A stretch of DNA of 34,789 nt, taken from the NCBI GenBank assembly GCA_032718475.1, contig JAUCBJ010004762.1:1-34789 (forward strand), read 5' to 3'. Both the position numbers and the translations under genes were made by a program. Below the pieces are notes generated by a model. That model worked only from the letters and a program-made list of their open reading frames with translations, was not told the origin of the DNA and did not search any database. Origin of the DNA: Nemertoderma westbladi (taxonomy: Eukaryota > Animalia > Xenacoelomorpha). This document shows, piece after piece, positions 32,601 to 34,789 of this stretch; the first letter of the stretch is position 1; every line of letters begins with the position of its first letter.

Positions 32601-34628
32601 GAGGGTCTTTAGCTGGTTTATTATATTAATTACAGATACTGTACAATTAATAGTAAACGTGTTTGACCTACCGGTCTGCATCAGACTATGTGCTACTGTA
32701 GCAACTAGCAGGAAGGGGCCTAGAGGGTCTATATAAATGCAGAAATGTAAGTATTAATGGAGAATACCTGATAGGAGGTGAATCCCAGAAAAGGTATTCT
32801 GTTTATATAGTGTATGATAGGTAAGGTAAATCCCAGAAAAGGTATCGTGTTTATATAGTGTATGATAGGTAAGGTAAATCCCAGAAAAGGTATCGTGTTT
32901 ATATAGTGTATGATAGGTAAGGTAAATCCCAGAAAAGGTATCGTGTTTATATAGTGTATGATAGGTAAATTACACATGCTCAACAGGGTTATAAGATGTC
33001 AATCTAAAGTACAAATATAAGGTTGAATTGTGAATACCTGATAGGTAAATCCCAGGATATGTATGTGTTTAGATAATGTATATGGTATAATTAGGTTATA
33101 ATAATTAAAACCAATTATTGGTCCCTTATTAACCTGCTCCTTTTATTGAACCGCGATATTAATTCTTCGAGATGGTATTTACGTTAAGCCACCCCCCCCC
33201 CCCCCCCCGGGTTTACCTTATTACTCTGCTTTCTTATAATGTACATTATTCATAATGGTTCTTTTTTATTTCCAATAGTTACGAATGGGTGGGAGTATTT
33301 ATAATGGTTCGTCAATCAAGCTTGTCGGAGAAGAACCACCAGAGAAACTGCAGGTTAATGGTACCAACGTTTTCGGCGGACCACAGATGTTGCAACTCAG
33401 TCTGGATGGAAAAAGGTGATATTTTATGCAATAATACCATACAACGGAATATTAAACATAATAATTATTAATCGATCGATACCTACATAATATTAGATAA
33501 TTTACATTTTTGTACTCTCGTGTAATATTTTTGTGTGTAAAATTAGGCCTACTACAGTATAAATGTGGCTGTGAACTTGAAATTCTATCAATTTCAATAT
33601 TCAACTAAACTTGTTAAGTGTCAAATACAATGCACACATCTCCAATCGCAATCAGACACTATATAACATTGGGAGGCAGGGGGGGGGGGGGGGGGGGGGG
33701 GTGACTGGACGCAAAACCTTGATGAATTAATATCCCGCCTCAATGTTAATTTCTTACTTTAGAGACCTTATTTTAACCAAAACAATAAACTAAATCCAAT
33801 AGAACAGCTTACAGTGTTATTTTTGAGAGTAACCATCTGTTATTTACGTCCAATTTCCCCTGGAAGGGATGAACTTTATTACGTCCAGTCCCCCCCCCCC
33901 CCCCCCCCCCCCTATCCGAACATTGGAGTTGTCTCTTTGGTTCCCCCATGCTTGACACTGGAACAAAGCAGCCACCGCTTTACAGGGCATTACTTTCGCC
34001 GTGAGGACCAGCCAGTGCATAATCTTCTACTTTGGCAGCCTCATGGAGTGAGTAAACATGGTGGACAGCCCATAACTTTCTTGAGACGCATCGTAAAGGA
34101 CACTGGCCTTGAAGATACGGAATATCTAGCAAATGTCATGGGTGAGGGAGTTGTGGCGGCGCAATTTTGTCGACAAGCCATATTATTATATATGTAATAC
34201 TGTATATACAGTATATATAATGCAGCTGCAATGCAGTATGCCGATCGTAGTTAGTATTGATACAAATCCCGCAGAATTAACAATTATAATTAATAAGGGG
34301 AAGTACTGTACGGTCTGCTTGGTAGCAGAACAGGTTAATACACATCAATCTGTGTCTGCGACAACATAATATCATTATTGTTACTCAACGCTTAAACTTT
34401 TCTAGGTTGTACGTATCCACATCGTTGTATAGCGTTTGGGACAAACAGTTCTACCCCGAGTTGTCTGGAGGGGGGATGCTACTTCAGTTCGATATAGACG
34501 CCCAGAAGGGAGGCATTGCTCGAACGCCAACCATGTCTGTAGATTTCGGAGCTGATCCAGAGTTTATCGCTGGCGCTCACGAGATGCGATACCCTGGAGG
34601 GGACTGTACATCGGATATATGGTTGTAG
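14425..34628 (+). CDS. SELENBP1: Selenium-binding protein 1 / methanethiol oxidase, complete 8-exon gene (472 aa)
   Basis: Exons 14425-14613, 16155-16321, 17956-18152, 19305-19527, 19896-20032, 21389-21534, 33279-33415 and 34406-34628. All introns are GT-AG and phase-compatible, giving 1419 nt. Family motifs: [87 protein letters not shown]. Confidence 0.96.
14621..15536. repeat. 41-bp minisatellite with 44-bp variant units, ~22 copies, in SELENBP1 intron 1; followed by G18
   Basis: Unit ATAGTTTGGWAGGTTTACGTATACAATAGGTTAAAATAGGC. The array begins 7 nt after the splice donor. Confidence 0.96.
16052..16142. repeat. 22-bp tandem repeat, 4 copies, just upstream of the exon 2 acceptor
   Basis: ACGGTATCATTRTGGTATTATT at 16052, 16074, 16096 and 16118. 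Confidence 0.92.
16155..16321 (+). CDS. SELENBP1: SELENBP1 coding exon 2
   Basis: ctcag|ATA; [25 protein letters not shown]...KKDPR; donor AG|gtttgt, phase 2. Confidence 0.94.
16500..17764. mobile_element. Degenerate non-autonomous DNA-transposon-like remnant with three ~163-bp internal direct repeats
   Basis: GTGCTRGCACCA...ATTCCATYG...AGAA units start at ~17051, ~17212 and ~17377. Related words occur inverted at ~16801 and ~16980. The region ends in C18-GGGTTTAATAGGG. Termini not resolved. Confidence 0.5.
17956..18152 (+). CDS. SELENBP1: SELENBP1 coding exon 3
   Basis: tgcag|G; [10 protein letters not shown]...HTAHCLANG...GTWEPK; donor G|gtgcag, phase 1. Confidence 0.92.
18205..18650 (+). 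mobile_element. RTE-clade LINE RT fragment (FADD to thumb region)
   Basis: LDFADDL (~18260), [20 protein letters not shown] and [28 protein letters not shown]; frameshifted. Confidence 0.85.
18651..18965 (-). mobile_element. RTE-clade LINE RT N-terminal fragment, in opposite orientation to the adjacent piece
   Basis: The - strand reads [21 protein letters not shown]...[24 protein letters not shown]...VIFVDF. Confidence 0.82.
19305..19527 (+). CDS. SELENBP1: SELENBP1 coding exon 4
   Basis: ttag|GT; [23 protein letters not shown]...IPLEVR; donor AG|gttagt, phase 2. Confidence 0.94.
19896..20032 (+). CDS. SELENBP1: SELENBP1 coding exon 5
   Basis: tatag|A; [18 protein letters not shown]...PSKKVE; donor G|gtaaat, phase 1. 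Confidence 0.94.
20584..21345. mobile_element. hAT-superfamily MITE (762 bp) in SELENBP1 intron 5
   Basis: TIRs TAGGGGTGTGCCGGAT / ATCCGGCACATCCCTA. Perfect 8-bp TSD TTATATAT (20576-20583 and 21346-21353). Subterminal TCCGG repeats at both ends. Confidence 0.92.
21389..21534 (+). CDS. SELENBP1: SELENBP1 coding exon 6 (not in the ORF track)
   Basis: tttag|GT; [48 protein letters not shown]; donor gtgagt, phase 0. Confidence 0.95.
21861..23049. repeat. 35-bp minisatellite, ~33 copies, each unit containing a TACTCA-N5-TGAGTA dyad
   Basis: Unit TGCTACTCACACAMTGAGTACCATAGAGGRTGTTT; no spacers between units. Confidence 0.97.
23211..24505. mobile_element. Non-autonomous DNA transposon with 27-bp TIRs and 4-bp TSD (Sola2-like)
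   Basis: GGGTTGTTCTCACAAAAAGTGGTCAAA (23211) pairs with TTTGACCACTTTTTGTGAGAACGACCC (ends 24505), one mismatch. ACCA flanks both sides. GRG termini with a 4-bp TSD fit Sola2, but the superfamily is an inference. Confidence 0.8.
24747..25877 (-). CDS. GCLC: GCLC coding exon 3
   Basis: ctgtag|GAA; [21 protein letters not shown]...GDDTN*. Confidence 0.95.
   Translation of the reverse strand, partial: ELGLEPLTTDKFVIPKSRYDSIDCYLSAEGEPYNDIPVVMDRGYYERLVSAGVAPQIARHVAHLFIRDPMVVYREKLELDDAKDTDHFENIQSTNWQTMRFKPPPAGSPIGWRVEFRPLELQLTDFENAAYVVFVVLLTRVILTLNLDFLMPISQVDANMQECQKRDAVGRSRFHFRTRVIPRSNSCSAGLPPSGRTGGIADDSVAGNVNQTGNLTGNDNLTGNQTVNDNQIGTTSDTPPIGSTRPMTLDEIVNGSPTGFIGLIPLVYSYVESHPDMDVDTRCTIGQYLKLIGHRASGKLRTTAGWIRSFVTSHPEYQRDSVVPDGVCYDLLRTMTRLQSGEIEAPDLLFARIDRSQAHIPDALRSHLARTGDDTN
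24747..29388 (-). CDS. GCLC: Glutamate-cysteine ligase catalytic subunit, complete 3-exon gene (686 aa), nested antisense in SELENBP1 intron 6
   Basis: Exons 29388-28996, 26746-26210 and 25877-24747; both introns are GT-AG, phase 0. Motifs: [86 protein letters not shown]. Confidence 0.96.
26210..26746 (-). CDS. GCLC: GCLC coding exon 2
   Basis: ttag|GTA; [24 protein letters not shown]...AVDCRTPQ; donor gtcagt. Confidence 0.93.
27133..28660. mobile_element. hAT-superfamily non-autonomous element (1528 bp) in GCLC intron 1
   Basis: TIRs CAGTGCCGGATTAA / TTAATCCGGCACTG. 8-bp TSD AAAAAAAA (27125-27132 and 28661-28668). Subterminal GTGCCTTAGGGCCA at both ends. Confidence 0.9.
28996..29388 (-). 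CDS. GCLC: GCLC coding exon 1
   Basis: ATG at 29388; [12 protein letters not shown]...NMGIRRNE; donor gtgggt. Confidence 0.95.
29780..30740 (-). mobile_element. Degenerate L2/CR1-group LINE 3' fragment (ORF2 C-terminus and 3' UTR)
   Basis: The - strand reads [17 protein letters not shown]...[33 protein letters not shown] with a frameshift. Confidence 0.7.
30770..31030 (-). mobile_element. Possible Penelope-like GIY-YIG endonuclease remnant
   Basis: Fragments in several frames ([36 protein letters not shown]) resemble the C-terminus of Penelope endonucleases. Highly decayed. Confidence 0.35.
31480..32480 (-). mobile_element. Degenerate L2/CR1-group LINE reverse transcriptase fragment
   Basis: The - strand reads [71 protein letters not shown] and YLGCKLD, with many frameshifts. 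Confidence 0.88.
32770..32970. repeat. 48-bp tandem repeat, ~4 copies
   Basis: TCCCAGAAAAGGTAT at 32783, 32831, 32879 and 32927. Confidence 0.92.
33279..33415 (+). CDS. SELENBP1: SELENBP1 coding exon 7 (correct frame not in the ORF track)
   Basis: aatag|TTA; [46 protein letters not shown]; donor AG|gtgat, phase 2. Confidence 0.94.
33955..34192 (+). mobile_element. RTE-clade LINE 3' end fragment with short TAT-rich tail
   Basis: [21 protein letters not shown]...[12 protein letters not shown]...RELWR matches the RTE ORF2 C-terminal pattern. A ~35-bp copy of this sequence also lies at ~19672-19710. Confidence 0.72.
34406..34628 (+). CDS. SELENBP1: SELENBP1 coding exon 8 (last)
   Basis: tctag|G; [19 protein letters not shown]...[16 protein letters not shown] (TAG at 34626-34628). 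Confidence 0.96.
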
Positions 34629-34789
34629 AACACAACAGAGGAATATGAGCAGATTTTCTGGTTGTAGTACCGGTTCTGCGGTACCTTTGGGACTGTACGT
34701 CTGATATATAGTTTTACTGTACACAGTGCCGATACACCGGTACAAACTAATCAAAAGACTGCCCTACTACTGGTTTGCATAGTTTGGAA

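Noticed and set aside
32729-32983. 84-aa repetitive ORF
   Set aside because: It is a translation of the 48-bp intronic tandem repeat.

Overview
AT-rich eukaryotic genomic DNA, most likely from an invertebrate animal (GT-AG introns, many transposon remnants). (1) Positions ~1-9.9 kb hold a near-complete non-LTR retrotransposon on the - strand. Its APE-endonuclease/reverse-transcriptase ORF2 (3511->443) has one in-frame TGA. Upstream is an apparently giant (~1,900 aa) ORF1 broken by three frameshifts. ORF1 carries a 21-aa tandem array, an Asn/Val-rich region with SUMO-interacting-motif-like words, a Ulp1/SENP-like (C48) protease domain, a coiled coil and a C-terminal RRM-like domain. (2) Positions 14425-34628 (+) hold a complete 8-exon selenium-binding protein 1 / methanethiol oxidase gene (SELENBP1, 472 aa). 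(3) A complete 3-exon glutamate-cysteine ligase catalytic subunit gene (GCLC, 686 aa, 29388->24747) is nested antisense in the 11.7-kb sixth intron of SELENBP1. The rest contains two long foldback elements, two hAT-type elements with perfect 8-bp TSDs, a Sola2-like element, RTE and L2/CR1 fragments, several minisatellites and long poly-G/C tracts. All calls were made by eye from motifs, splice signals and reading-frame arithmetic; no searches were run.
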